Of a stretch of DNA of 64,000 bases, positions 19,279 to 28,240 are shown one piece after another; within the stretch, counting starts at the first letter, position 1; each line of letters starts with the position of its first letter. The position numbers were made by a program, and so were the translations under genes. The notes under the pieces were generated by a model that worked only from the letters and a program-made list of their open reading frames with translations, made no database searches and was not told the DNA's origin. Origin of the DNA: Candidatus Omnitrophota bacterium. Its GTDB lineage: Bacteria > Omnitrophota > Gorgyraeia > Duberdicusellales > Duberdicusellaceae. Location of the stretch: assembly GCA_016932855.1 (NCBI GenBank), contig JAFGCB010000029.1:2547-66546 (forward strand). Direction: 5' to 3'.

Positions 19279-21171
19279 TTAGTATTCCTTTATTCCCTTC
19301 ATTTTATCGGATATACTTGCCGGTTTTTTAGAGCTTTTAGGTTCATTTTTGTTCTCGTCGCAAGTTCCTAAGGGTGACAGATTTTTCGGGGTTACTCTAA
19401 TTTGTTCTATCTTTTTAGATATTATCGATTCTTGCAGGTCATCAGGCATGATATCCGCGGGTATGTGATCCTGGATTTCGGCATGCTTGACCGGAACATC
19501 GCCCTTTATAATGTGGGGTTTAAGAAATATCACTATTTCGGTTTGATTGTTTTTTTTAGCCTGGGAGCCGAAAACCGCTCCTAAAATCGGTATACGCCTT
19601 AAGAAAGGTATGCCTTTTTCGTCATCTTCACGGGAGTCCTTTATGAGTCCGGCAATCATTATCATTGTATTATCTTTTACTTTTACGACAGTTTCTGCTT
19701 CGGAAGTCTCGATGATAGGTATGCGGCTTCCCAGGGAGGTTTCTAATTCATCTATAACCGAGCTTACCTCAGGTTTTATCTTCATAGTAACAAAGCCGTC
19801 TTTGCCTATGGTGGGCACAACATTTAATTTTACTCCTACGTCCACGAATTCAATCGATTCCGAAGTAACCGTGGTAGTTTCGGCCTGGCTTAAGCTTTGG
19901 GTTACATAAGCGTCGCGTATGCCTACCAGTATTTTAGCCTCTTCATTATTTACTACGGCGATGCGGGGACGCGAGAGAATCTTTGTATTGCCGTAGCTTT
20001 CAAGCATGTCTAGAGTAGCGTCAAAATCATCAGCATCAAGCGTACCTACAGTCATTGCGAAATTCTCCGTGGTATAATTAGGCGGTGCGTCTATGGGGCT
20101 AAAAGCTGAGGTTAAATCTAGGCCGTGCATGTATGCGTTTTGGAATACCCGTTCCCAGTCTATGCCTTGATGATATTCGTCTTTAAGGCTTATCTGGATA
20201 ATCTCAGCTTCAATAAAGACCTGGCGGTTCTCCTCGTCTAAGGCTTCGACAATCTTTTTTATCTTCTTCATTTTCTTGGGTAAATCAGAAACCAATACCT
20301 TACCTGAACGCTCGTCGATAAGAAGTTCGCCTGGCCCTGTGGTTATAGCTTCGGAAAGATGGGTTTTTAGGTCTTCTGTTTTAGCATAATTGATATCAAA
20401 TACTTCGGTTTGTAAGGGCTTATCTAAATCGTTAGTTACCTTTTCCATGAGCTCGATTTTGTCCGGTATATCAATGAGAATGATAGTCCCTGAGGCTTCA
20501 TCGACAATAATTTTTCCTATACTTGATTTAAGCTCTGATAAGGCTTTAAACACCGAAGCAGGTTCTGCGTATGACAGGTTAATGCTTTTGATTTCTCTTT
20601 TTTCATTATATTTTTTCCCGTAAAGAGTTTCGTATTCCGCGGCGGTCATTACGCTTATAATCTCGTTTTTCTTTTCGCAAGCCAGCTGCTGGCTTACCAG
20701 GATGACGTCAAGGGCGTCTTCAAAGGTTATGTTGTTTAAGAATATATTTACTCTTCCGGTGATCTTTCTTGAGGGTACAATAGTCAGGTTCATCTTCAAG
20801 GAGAGAATTCTGAAGAGTTCGATAATATCAACCCCTTTTAAATCTAAAGAAATTCTTTCTTCAGCTATTTTTACGCCCTGGTTTACTTCTTCTTCTGACA
20901 GGGGGTGTGTTGCCCCTATATCGGATATTTCTTCGTCTTGGTAGAGGTCTTCCAAGGGTGGCTCTGGTATGGGCATATCGCCTTCAGCAGCATCGATTCC
21001 CTGCAAGATTGCCTGCTCTTCAGGCGGGATAGTCTGTATAGGTTCGGGGGGATTTTCGTCTTGAGAAAAAACACATAGGGTGGTTGTTCCGAAGACCAGA
21101 GCTATTCCGCAGACCATAATCAATGTTTTAATAAACACAAGGACATTCTGGCGGTTCATTCTATGGTCCAT
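19279..21171 (-). CDS. Secretin (PilQ/GspD/MshL family outer-membrane channel).
   Basis: C-terminal secretin signature ...KGIPFLRRIPILGAVFGSQAKKNNQTEIVIFLKPHII, N-terminal N0/N1-like domains, N-terminal signal/TM. Overlaps the upstream gene by 16 nt. Confidence 0.85.
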   Translation of the reverse strand: MDHRMNRQNVLVFIKTLIMVCGIALVFGTTTLCVFSQDENPPEPIQTIPPEEQAILQGIDAAEGDMPIPEPPLEDLYQDEEISDIGATHPLSEEEVNQGVKIAEERISLDLKGVDIIELFRILSLKMNLTIVPSRKITGRVNIFLNNITFEDALDVILVSQQLACEKKNEIISVMTAAEYETLYGKKYNEKREIKSINLSYAEPASVFKALSELKSSIGKIIVDEASGTIILIDIPDKIELMEKVTNDLDKPLQTEVFDINYAKTEDLKTHLSEAITTGPGELLIDERSGKVLVSDLPKKMKKIKKIVEALDEENRQVFIEAEIIQISLKDEYHQGIDWERVFQNAYMHGLDLTSAFSPIDAPPNYTTENFAMTVGTLDADDFDATLDMLESYGNTKILSRPRIAVVNNEEAKILVGIRDAYVTQSLSQAETTTVTSESIEFVDVGVKLNVVPTIGKDGFVTMKIKPEVSSVIDELETSLGSRIPIIETSEAETVVKVKDNTMIMIAGLIKDSREDDEKGIPFLRRIPILGAVFGSQAKKNNQTEIVIFLKPHIIKGDVPVKHAEIQDHIPADIMPDDLQESIISKKIEQIRVTPKNLSPLGTCDENKNEPKSSKKPASISDKMKGIKEY

Positions 21172-21770
21172 TCCATCCCTTCTCTTTCAATAAGGACCTG
21201 GTTTCTTAAGACTTTTTTTACCTTAAAGCCTTCGATTGTCTCGCCTGCGCCTAAAAGATGAGTTTTGCCGCTTTTGGTGTATTCAATCATTGCCTGAGGG
21301 TTATCCGACCAGATTACGCCCACAAGCTTTAAGCTTTTAATCGTTTCCGAGGTATCAAGGCTTATCTTTTTCTCCGGGGCCGCAGGGATAAAGGTAAATA
21401 TATTTCTTTTTCTGGCTTGAGCTTGAATTTCGTTTATATTAGTTTCCAGAGATATTTTTTTTGTTTGATCTACTGCCGCAATAGCGGAGTTTTCCTGGAT
21501 TTGGGCGAAGCGGTCTTCGAGATCAGAGCTTATCTTCATAAAATCGAAAACAGCCAAGATTGTAAAAGCTACGCATAAGCCGAGAAGTATTCTATTTACC
21601 GTCTCCAGTTTAAGGGATTTAAAAGCATTTTTAAGACCTTCTAATGAGCCGCTAAGTCCTGCAAACAAAGATACCTTTCCTTTAGTTACCGCAGAGGGGC
21701 TTCGTTTGGCAACCGTAGGGTCTTCCAGGATTTTTAGTAATTTTTCTTCAGGGGTGCTTTTATCTTTCAT
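21156..21770 (-). CDS. Bitopic inner-membrane protein, GspB/ExeB- or PilP/GspC-like secretin-assembly partner (tentative).
   Basis: Cytoplasmic N-terminus, single TM (ILLGLCVAFTILAVFDF), periplasmic beta-rich C-terminus. Sits between the ExeA-like ATPase and the secretin. Confidence 0.4.
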   Translation of the reverse strand: MKDKSTPEEKLLKILEDPTVAKRSPSAVTKGKVSLFAGLSGSLEGLKNAFKSLKLETVNRILLGLCVAFTILAVFDFMKISSDLEDRFAQIQENSAIAAVDQTKKISLETNINEIQAQARKRNIFTFIPAAPEKKISLDTSETIKSLKLVGVIWSDNPQAMIEYTKSGKTHLLGAGETIEGFKVKKVLRNQVLIEREGMEWTIE

Positions 21771-21772
21771 GT

Positions 21773-22615
21773 CTAAATAATTTGCGACTGGGAAATCTTT
21801 ACTTCCTGGGAAATTAACTCCCGGATTATATCCACGGTAACTGCGGGCTTATTGTGCATAATAAGTTCTTTTAATCCGCTGTGGCAAATCATGGCTATTC
21901 TTCGGGGATAGCCTTGGGTATAGTGATAAATCTCTCTAATCGCATCATCGGTAAAAAGGCCGGGCCCGGAAAGGTAACCCGCGGTTTTTAGCCTGAATTC
22001 TATCATCGCTCTTGTTCCCTGCAGGTCAAGAGGGTTTATCACGTACTTTAAGCTTAGACGGTCCATAAGGTTTTTAATTTCCCGTATTCTGGGAAGAAGC
22101 TCCATTTGGGAAAGAAGCACAAGTTGCAGCAGTTTGTATTCATTGGTTTCGTAATTTAAGAGGACCCGCAGGATTTCTAAAGAAAGAGAGTTTAGTTTTT
22201 GGGCTTCGTCGATTAATAATACTATTGTCTTTTTTTCTTCGACGCCGGTTCTGAAAAGGTAGTCTTTTATCGCTTCTTTAAAGTCCAGTATGTTAGGATT
22301 GGGTTTTTGAAGCGTTATCTTAAAGGTCCTGATTAGAGAATCTAAAAACAGCTCTTCCGTTTCAAAGGTAGGGTCGAGAATCATGTGAAAGATAATATCA
22401 TCCCTTTCTTTAAGCATACGGAAAAGCTTCCGGGAAAGCGTGGTCTTTCCGGTTCCCACATCTCCCAGTATAAGACTTAATCCTCTTTTAAGGCGGATTT
22501 CTATCATGAGCCTCATCAAGGCCGCGTGGTGTTCCTTGGAGTCGTAGAAAAATTCCGGGTCAGGACTTGTTGAAAAGGGCTCTTTGTCCAGGCCCAAGAG
22601 TTTATAGTAGCTCAT
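21773..22615 (-). CDS. ExeA/GspA/MshM-family AAA+ ATPase (AAA_22).
   Basis: LLGLDKEPFSTSPDPEFFYDSKEHHAALMRLMIEI...LILGDVGTGKTTLSRKL matches the GspA/ExeA N-terminal region and Walker A. Walker B is LLIDEAQ. Confidence 0.8.
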   Translation of the reverse strand: MSYYKLLGLDKEPFSTSPDPEFFYDSKEHHAALMRLMIEIRLKRGLSLILGDVGTGKTTLSRKLFRMLKERDDIIFHMILDPTFETEELFLDSLIRTFKITLQKPNPNILDFKEAIKDYLFRTGVEEKKTIVLLIDEAQKLNSLSLEILRVLLNYETNEYKLLQLVLLSQMELLPRIREIKNLMDRLSLKYVINPLDLQGTRAMIEFRLKTAGYLSGPGLFTDDAIREIYHYTQGYPRRIAMICHSGLKELIMHNKPAVTVDIIRELISQEVKISQSQII

Positions 22616-22617
22616 AT

Positions 22618-22884
22618 TCAGTCTCCTATTTGACCGGAGAGTATCTTGCGTATAAGCCTTAGGGTGTAACCCTCTTTTTTAAGATCATTAATCCTGTCTA
22701 ATGTTAGGCGCAGCTGGCGCTCTTCGTAGAGGCGTTTATTCCCTTTTTTATCTACAACCGGAAGAAGCCCCAGGTTTGTGTAATAATTTAGAGTCTGGTA
22801 GGAGATATTGTACTTTCTGACAATATCCGTAGTTGAAATTAGCTTGTTCATTAGTTTATTTACCCAAATACGCTTTGCCGGCAT
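22618..22884 (-). CDS. Short MerR-superfamily HTH DNA-binding protein (88 aa, no effector domain).
   Basis: ISTTDIVRKYNISYQTLNYYTNLGLLPV..KGNKRLYEERQLRLTLDRI is MerR-type HTH. 3-nt gap to the downstream ATPase gene. Confidence 0.65.
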   Translation of the reverse strand: MPAKRIWVNKLMNKLISTTDIVRKYNISYQTLNYYTNLGLLPVVDKKGNKRLYEERQLRLTLDRINDLKKEGYTLRLIRKILSGQIGD

Positions 22885-22904
22885 TGAGGTGTTTAAGTTG
22901 TTCT

Positions 22905-22940
22905 ATAACACTTATAGTACAAACTATAAGTGTTGTCAAG
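22905..22940 (-). promoter_or_regulatory. Promoter with an embedded perfect 11-bp inverted-repeat operator upstream of the MerR-like gene.
   Basis: Minus strand: TTGACA (rc of 22934-22939), 17-nt spacer, TATAAG (rc of 22911-22916). Palindrome ACACTTATAGT-acaa-ACTATAAGTGT (22908-22933) overlaps the spacer and -10. Confidence 0.6.
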
Positions 22941-23048
22941 TACATTTTGCTGTTTTTGTTTATTTTGTTTGGGTCCGGACCGGAATAGACAAAGAGGTTT
23001 TGGTTTTGAGACAGGTTGCCCCGGGTTTACAGGCAAGATTCAAGGCAT

Positions 23049-23630
23049 CTAATCGTTTATTTCTTTTCCGTTTTCATAAACCCGCGTGTCGGTAAGCTTA
23101 CCGTCTTTATTGTAGAATTTCCATTCACCGTGGGGCTGGCTTTCTTTGAAGTATCTTTCCGAGCTCAACTCGCCGTTTTCGTAGTAGCTTCTCCACTTGC
23201 CGTTGGCTTGCCCTTTTTCATGTTCTTGTTCAGCGGCTAATTTGCCGCTCTGGTAATATCTTTTTATTACTCCGCATTGAAGGCCGTTTTTGTAGGGTAT
23301 TTCCCACTGCAGGCAGCCGTTTTCATAGTAAATTTTGGCTGTCCCGCATCTTTTATTATCTTCGTAGGATTCCTCTATTTTTAACTGCCCGTTTTTATAG
23401 TAGCATTTTCGCGTTCCCCAGAGAGCATTGTTTTTATAGGATGTTTTCGAGAAGAGTTTTCCATCGTCATAATAATATTTGCATACGCCGTGTTTTTCTC
23501 CGTCTTTGTACGGGGTTTCGCATTTAAGTGTTCCGCCGGGGTAATATTCCTTTTTTATTTCAATGTCCGCCAGGCAAGCCCTGACAGGGAAGCTTAAAAA
23601 TATCAATATAAGTATGGAGGGGCGAAGCAT
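23049..23630 (-). CDS. Secreted MORN-repeat (MORN_2/YwqK-like) protein.
   Basis: Signal peptide, then repeated Y(Y/K)xNGxLxxExxYKNG units. Confidence 0.65.
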   Translation of the reverse strand: MLRPSILILIFLSFPVRACLADIEIKKEYYPGGTLKCETPYKDGEKHGVCKYYYDDGKLFSKTSYKNNALWGTRKCYYKNGQLKIEESYEDNKRCGTAKIYYENGCLQWEIPYKNGLQCGVIKRYYQSGKLAAEQEHEKGQANGKWRSYYENGELSSERYFKESQPHGEWKFYNKDGKLTDTRVYENGKEIND

Positions 23631-23925
23631 AAGCTATATCTTTTTTTTTAGTGTGTAATATATCCACACACTGAAGTGTTGGATTATAGTATACTACTTT
23701 AGGAAAAACCGAAAGTCAATACTGATTTGATATTTTGTCTCATTTAAGAATGCTTGTAGCAGAAAGCATTTAAGGGATAAGAGTTTTTTGAGAAATCCGG
23801 CCGAAATCCGCTTAAGTGCTATATATTCAAAGGGAGTTGTTTTAAGGTATGCATTCCAATATTTTTAAGAATATTGGAATAAGTGGAGGTAGTTTAGGAA
23901 GCAGGGTTAAGCAGGAAGGCGGTAT

Positions 23926-26817
23926 TCAAAATGAGATGTGCAGTTCGCCGCTTAGGGAGTTTGCGGAATAATCTTCTTGGCCTAAGCGGGTTTCGTAATC
24001 AAGATTTATTGAAACAGCTTCTGTAAGCTCCATTGTTAGTCCGCAGCCGAGAAGGGCGAAATTGCGATCGGGCTCATCGGTTGTTATTTGGAAGATTCCT
24101 CTTCCCGGTCCTAAATTTGCATCTATAGTTCGGCTGTTATTAAGAAATTCGTGCTGAAAGGAGGCATGCAATCTGGGAATAACCGTTTTATCGCTTATGT
24201 TCATAATGTGCTTAGCCTGTATTCCTAATCCTAGCTGAAGAGATTCACTGGTCTGGTCGGGAAATCGTATATTAAGAGCGCCGGCGCCGGTTTCTGTGAA
24301 GCTATCTATCCAGAGCCTGCTGTATTGCAAGGTGAGTTTAGGTCCGAGATCCAGATTTTTTATCTCGAAATCATTGCCGGTTTCAAGAAACAGGCTGAGT
24401 TGATGCCCTAAGGTATCTGCTTTGGCTCCTCTTTGCAGTCCTCCAAAGTTAATATTGCGACGGGTATCATAGAGGTTTGCTGTATAGCTAATAGCGGTAT
24501 GGAAATAAAAATCATCGTTATAATATATTCCATAGCCACCGAAAGGTATGCTGTCTACATAAACCTTTCCGTTGGAGCCGTCAAGCATTGATTTTGTTCT
24601 GTTATACCCGGAGTACAGGCCGACAAGGGTTTTGTCTGTAAGTCTATAATCCAACCCGGCAGTTAATCCTGCTGTTGTGTAATTAAAACCGGCTTGAGCA
24701 TTGGTGGATTCCTGATCTCCTAGCCCGCCGTTTGCATTTATAAATAGTCCGAGATTACCGGCCTCTTGGGCTTTAGGGTCGCTGCGGGGAAGGAATTTAG
24801 CCCAGTCATCTCCTTCGTAGGCAAGAAGAACGCCGTTATATATGTCTCCGGCGAATAACCCGCTGCGGCTGTTATAAGACACTCCTCTACTTAAGCCGCT
24901 GCGAATAGTTTCCATTTGATTGCCGAGGCTGGTGAATCCCAAGGCTGCATTATTCAAGGATATTGTGGAGATGCTATTTAATTTTTCAGGCGATATCTGG
25001 GCGTAGGCATTTTTAACCGCGGCGTTAGTTGCCAGGGCGTCAATAGCTGTTTTTACTGTTGCTAGATCACCGGCGGCTGTAGGAAGTATTTTTTGCATAA
25101 TAGCTGCGACTTTCTGTTCGTTGGGTGCCAGAGAGGCTTTGAGAGTAGCGTTGTTGTAGTCGCGGGTAGCTACTAAGTCCAAGTCATTACCGTCAATATC
25201 AGGTTGCCATATTATTGTTGGTGTGATCTGGGTTTGCAGGTCAGTAAATGAGCCTGTGATTCCTCCCGCGGTCTGGATTACGCCGTTGAGCGTATCGCCG
25301 GGGGAATAATTTCCCGAAGTTATCGTTTTAAGCGTTCCGTTAAGACCGGCGGTGCTTGCGCCGATAATTTTGTCGAAATTGAGCAATGAGGAGATCTCAA
25401 GTTCAAGGATTCCGCTTGAAGACTGTGAGAAGGACCCGCCGTTGAGATTTAAAGTGCCTATGGAATTTCCGGGCTTAATTGTTCCGGAGTTTAAGATGCT
25501 TTTAATTGTTCCGGTTCCCGCTAGAATACCCGCCGGCTGCACTGTTGCGGCTGTATTTGAGTTATTGCCTAGAATATTAAGGGTGCCTTCGTTTATTATC
25601 GTAGCTCCTGTGTAATCATTATCGGCAGTAAAAGTTAATTTACCCTTTCCGCTTTTGACTACATCGCCGGTTCCGTCTATCTGATTTGTATAGGCGCCGT
25701 CTATAGTTTGATTAAATTCAAGGGTTGCATCGTTAGTGATGCCGCTGGTTAAGGTAGTGGTATTTCCCTGCAAGGTTCCGTTTATGACTAATGTGTGAAG
25801 CACTTGCCAGTCTACAGGGGTAAGGTTTTCGGTTCCATAGAGTTTAAGCCACAAACTTTCATCGTCAATAGTTACTACACCATAGCCGTAATGATAAGGA
25901 ATGCTTGCGCCGGGGTCACTGTCATGATAAAGGTCCGAAACTTCATAATCAGCGTAGCCGCTGTTATATACTCCGTCAAAATTATGTGAGGGAGCTCCCC
26001 CGCTTCCTATAATTAATTGGTAAAAATCCTGGCTGCCGCCAAGAGCAGGATTTTTTTCATATACCCGGCCAAGAGCAATGAAATGGTCATGGCCGCAAAA
26101 GTAAAGTTTGCCGCCATAGTCACCGGCATTACGAAGGCTAGTTAAAAAAGCATCTCTTGAAGCCTGGTCGCCTGCCAGGCAGTCTACGTGGTTAGCTTGG
26201 TATGCGGGTTCGTGTCCGAAAGCAATGATATGTCCGCTGCTAGTAATAAGTTGTTGGTCTACCCACTCTTGGTTGGTCTGGTCAGCATTAATATATTGGT
26301 CGATAGCCAAAATAAAAGCATTATTATATTCAAAGCTGTAAGTCATTCCTACTTCACTATTGCCTCCCCCGCCGGAAGCGGTAGTGGGTCCATTCTGAGG
26401 CAGGGTGCTGAATTTATTCCTCCATAAGGCTTCGGTGTCGATACCAGTTTCAGAATTGTCGAGTTCGTGGTTGCCCCGGACAGGATAGTAGGTAAGCCCT
26501 GCTTCGCCAGAGCCAACAAGGCTTAGACCTCTGTTAGAGACAGTATCTTTAAATGTCTGAAATTGACTCTCCAGTGTAGGCCAGCCAGCGTCTTCGCCGT
26601 ATACGTAATCGCCTACAAAAAGAACGAATTCGCAGTCTCTATTATTTACAATGTCATTGGTAATTGCAGTTACTGCGGTTGTATTTACGCCTGTAGGGTC
26701 GCCTCCTCCTGTAGCGCGTGTATCACCGGTTACGGCGAAATTCCATTCCTCGGCTTTTGCTAAGTTTCCGGATAATGTGATAGTTAACGAGATAATGAGA
26801 TAGCAGATTTTTTTCAT
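23926..26817 (-). CDS. Type Va autotransporter with an N-terminal calcineurin-like metallophosphoesterase passenger.
   Basis: Signal peptide. GDTRA...VLFVGDYVY...VRGNHE...GHDH phosphoesterase motifs. Autotransporter-associated beta-strand repeats (TFTADNDYTGATIINEGTLNILG). C-terminal beta-barrel ending ...GELHISF. Confidence 0.8.
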   Translation of the reverse strand: MKKICYLIISLTITLSGNLAKAEEWNFAVTGDTRATGGGDPTGVNTTAVTAITNDIVNNRDCEFVLFVGDYVYGEDAGWPTLESQFQTFKDTVSNRGLSLVGSGEAGLTYYPVRGNHELDNSETGIDTEALWRNKFSTLPQNGPTTASGGGGNSEVGMTYSFEYNNAFILAIDQYINADQTNQEWVDQQLITSSGHIIAFGHEPAYQANHVDCLAGDQASRDAFLTSLRNAGDYGGKLYFCGHDHFIALGRVYEKNPALGGSQDFYQLIIGSGGAPSHNFDGVYNSGYADYEVSDLYHDSDPGASIPYHYGYGVVTIDDESLWLKLYGTENLTPVDWQVLHTLVINGTLQGNTTTLTSGITNDATLEFNQTIDGAYTNQIDGTGDVVKSGKGKLTFTADNDYTGATIINEGTLNILGNNSNTAATVQPAGILAGTGTIKSILNSGTIKPGNSIGTLNLNGGSFSQSSSGILELEISSLLNFDKIIGASTAGLNGTLKTITSGNYSPGDTLNGVIQTAGGITGSFTDLQTQITPTIIWQPDIDGNDLDLVATRDYNNATLKASLAPNEQKVAAIMQKILPTAAGDLATVKTAIDALATNAAVKNAYAQISPEKLNSISTISLNNAALGFTSLGNQMETIRSGLSRGVSYNSRSGLFAGDIYNGVLLAYEGDDWAKFLPRSDPKAQEAGNLGLFINANGGLGDQESTNAQAGFNYTTAGLTAGLDYRLTDKTLVGLYSGYNRTKSMLDGSNGKVYVDSIPFGGYGIYYNDDFYFHTAISYTANLYDTRRNINFGGLQRGAKADTLGHQLSLFLETGNDFEIKNLDLGPKLTLQYSRLWIDSFTETGAGALNIRFPDQTSESLQLGLGIQAKHIMNISDKTVIPRLHASFQHEFLNNSRTIDANLGPGRGIFQITTDEPDRNFALLGCGLTMELTEAVSINLDYETRLGQEDYSANSLSGELHISF

Positions 26818-26991
26818 CTAAGTAATTTATAAAATTTTTCAGCTGTTAATTTTTATTATAACATTATATAAAAATTTATTCGAGAAAAATTCACCAATTG
26901 GTGGGCTTCGTCGGATTTAGCAGGTTAACACGCTTGGCTAAGCCATACGTAGCCCGTAGAAAGCTATTACGTCAAATTCTAGGGCGAAGTA

Positions 26992-27086
26992 TGGCGGAGA
27001 GGCTGGGATTCGAACCCAGGGTTCCGCTTGTGGCAGAACATCCGCTTTCGAGGCGGACCCTTTAAGCCGGACTCAGGCACCTCTCC
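26992..27086 (-). tRNA. tRNA-Ser (anticodon CGA), 95 nt with long variable arm and encoded CCA.
   Basis: rc is GGAGAGGTGCCTGAGTCCGGCTTAAAGGGTCCGCCTCGAAAGCGGATGTTCTGCCACAAGCGGAACCCTGGGTTCGAATCCCAGCCTCTCCGCCA. Anticodon loop CU-CGA-AA, T-arm GGTTCGAATCC, acceptor GGAGAGG/CCTCTCC. Confidence 0.85.
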
Positions 27087-27094
27087 GATGAAAT

Positions 27095-27130
27095 GTTATT
27101 ATATAGGCACCGTTGCTTTAATTTAACCCC
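27095..27130 (-). promoter_or_regulatory. tRNA-Ser promoter (TATATAAT extended -10 about 12 nt upstream of tRNA +1).
   Basis: Minus strand ...ttaaattaaagcaacggtgccTATATAATaacatttcatc-GGAGAGG. A 10-bp inverted repeat cgatgaaatg/catttcatcg (27085-27094 / 27147-27156) brackets the region. Confidence 0.5.
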
Positions 27131-27304
27131 CTCGCTCTGCTCGGGGTCATTTCATCGTCTTTAGTAAGCTGGAAATGAGGATCTCGAATCCCACAGAGTG
27201 GGTGAGAGATATTTAGTCTTGAGTCTTTAGTCTTATATTGGGGTTATTTTATCATAAATTGAGCTGAAGAAAAGAAAGATTGTCTTAAGGTAGGTTTTTA
27301 TAAA

Positions 27305-27338
27305 ATAGAAGCGGGAGGAACCCTCCTCCCGCTTTTCC
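27305..27338. terminator. Bidirectional intrinsic terminator (8-bp GC stem GCGGGAGG/CCTCCCGC plus T-run).
   Basis: gaagcgggaggaaccctcctcccgcttttcc lies downstream of the 27512..27910 lipoprotein gene. Confidence 0.6.
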
Positions 27339-27511
27339 AAAAAGGAAAGTAATGAGGCAAATCGCAGTTAGGGTATACCATAAAATAAAGGAAAATTTCA
27401 AGGGGCGCTTTTATGAAATAAAAAATAAAAAAGCAATATTTGTCATATTTTACATGCCTTTTTAATCTTCGTTGTTCTATTGTTTAATCTTTGAGTTTGT
27501 TTGGGCGGGGT

Positions 27512-27910
27512 TTAGTCCAGAAATTTTATGATTTTGCCGCAAATCCGGGAATCGGTAAGAGCTTGGATTTGGGGTTTCTGATAGATAATGGTTTTACCTG
27601 TAGAGTCAACTACGACTTCTTTGCTGCCCGGTTGAATAATCCGGGCATTGGCGTCTTTAAGGTTAATAATAACAGCATCACCCCCTGCTTGGGCTACTTT
27701 CTCCTTCAGTGTTTTTTCATTATAGCTTGCACTGGATACAGTAACTTCTCCGATAACAATATGTTCCCTGGCAGGCGTACTGTGAATTATTAGTACATCT
27801 TGGGGGTTGGTGGGTGGAAATTTTCCTTCAGGGTAGTAGGAGGCGGGTTTCATGGTTGCGCAGCCGGAAAATAAAAGAATTAAAGCGGTGAGCAGAAATA
27901 CCGTTTTCAT
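27512..27910 (-). CDS. Lipoprotein, possibly BhsA/YdgH (DUF1471)-like.
   Basis: Lipobox LLFSGC. HIVIGEVTVSSASYNEKTLKEKVAQAGGDAVII resembles the DUF1471 core. Confidence 0.4.
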   Translation of the reverse strand: MKTVFLLTALILLFSGCATMKPASYYPEGKFPPTNPQDVLIIHSTPAREHIVIGEVTVSSASYNEKTLKEKVAQAGGDAVIINLKDANARIIQPGSKEVVVDSTGKTIIYQKPQIQALTDSRICGKIIKFLD

Positions 27911-27974
27911 GCCTTTTTGTTTTCAGGCAATAAGGAGGTTGCAGATAGCAAGCGTGATGGAGCCTGGATTTACT

Positions 27975-28166
27975 CTATTTTTCGAATAACTTATATTCTT
28001 TCTTTTCGTCGTCAGGAGTCGTGTCCATTTCTTCAAGCATATCCAGGACTTCATCGTTGGTGATTCCGAAAGACTTTACTCTTCGGTGTTCACCGGTATC
28101 ATCAACAATAGAAAAGCAACCTCCAAGCAGCAAGGCTATGCAAAAAAGCAGTAGGACTTTTTTCAT
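27975..28166 (-). CDS. Small acidic lipoprotein (63 aa).
   Basis: Lipobox LLLGGC. Confidence 0.4.
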   Translation of the reverse strand: MKKVLLLFCIALLLGGCFSIVDDTGEHRRVKSFGITNDEVLDMLEEMDTTPDDEKKEYKLFEK

Positions 28167-28240
28167 GGTTTTCCCTTCCGGTTTACTACCCGAATAATAC
28201 TACTTTTCTTAAGAGTCGTCAATTCTAAAATACAGCCTTT

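Noticed and set aside
22972-22981. Perfect 10-bp palindrome ggtccggacc upstream of the MerR-like promoter
   Set aside because: It is too short and isolated to interpret. It could be a chance or restriction-type site.
22808-23240. Plus-strand ORFs 22808..23095 and 23016..23240
   Set aside because: They overlap the well-supported minus-strand MerR-like and MORN genes and the promoter region. Their composition is hydrophobic and low-complexity.
27160-27215. Possible partial tRNA 3' fragment (gaggatctcgaatccc) as an att-site duplicate
   Set aside because: It does not form a T-arm in either orientation and is on the opposite strand to the tRNA-Ser. It is probably a chance ctcgaatccc match.
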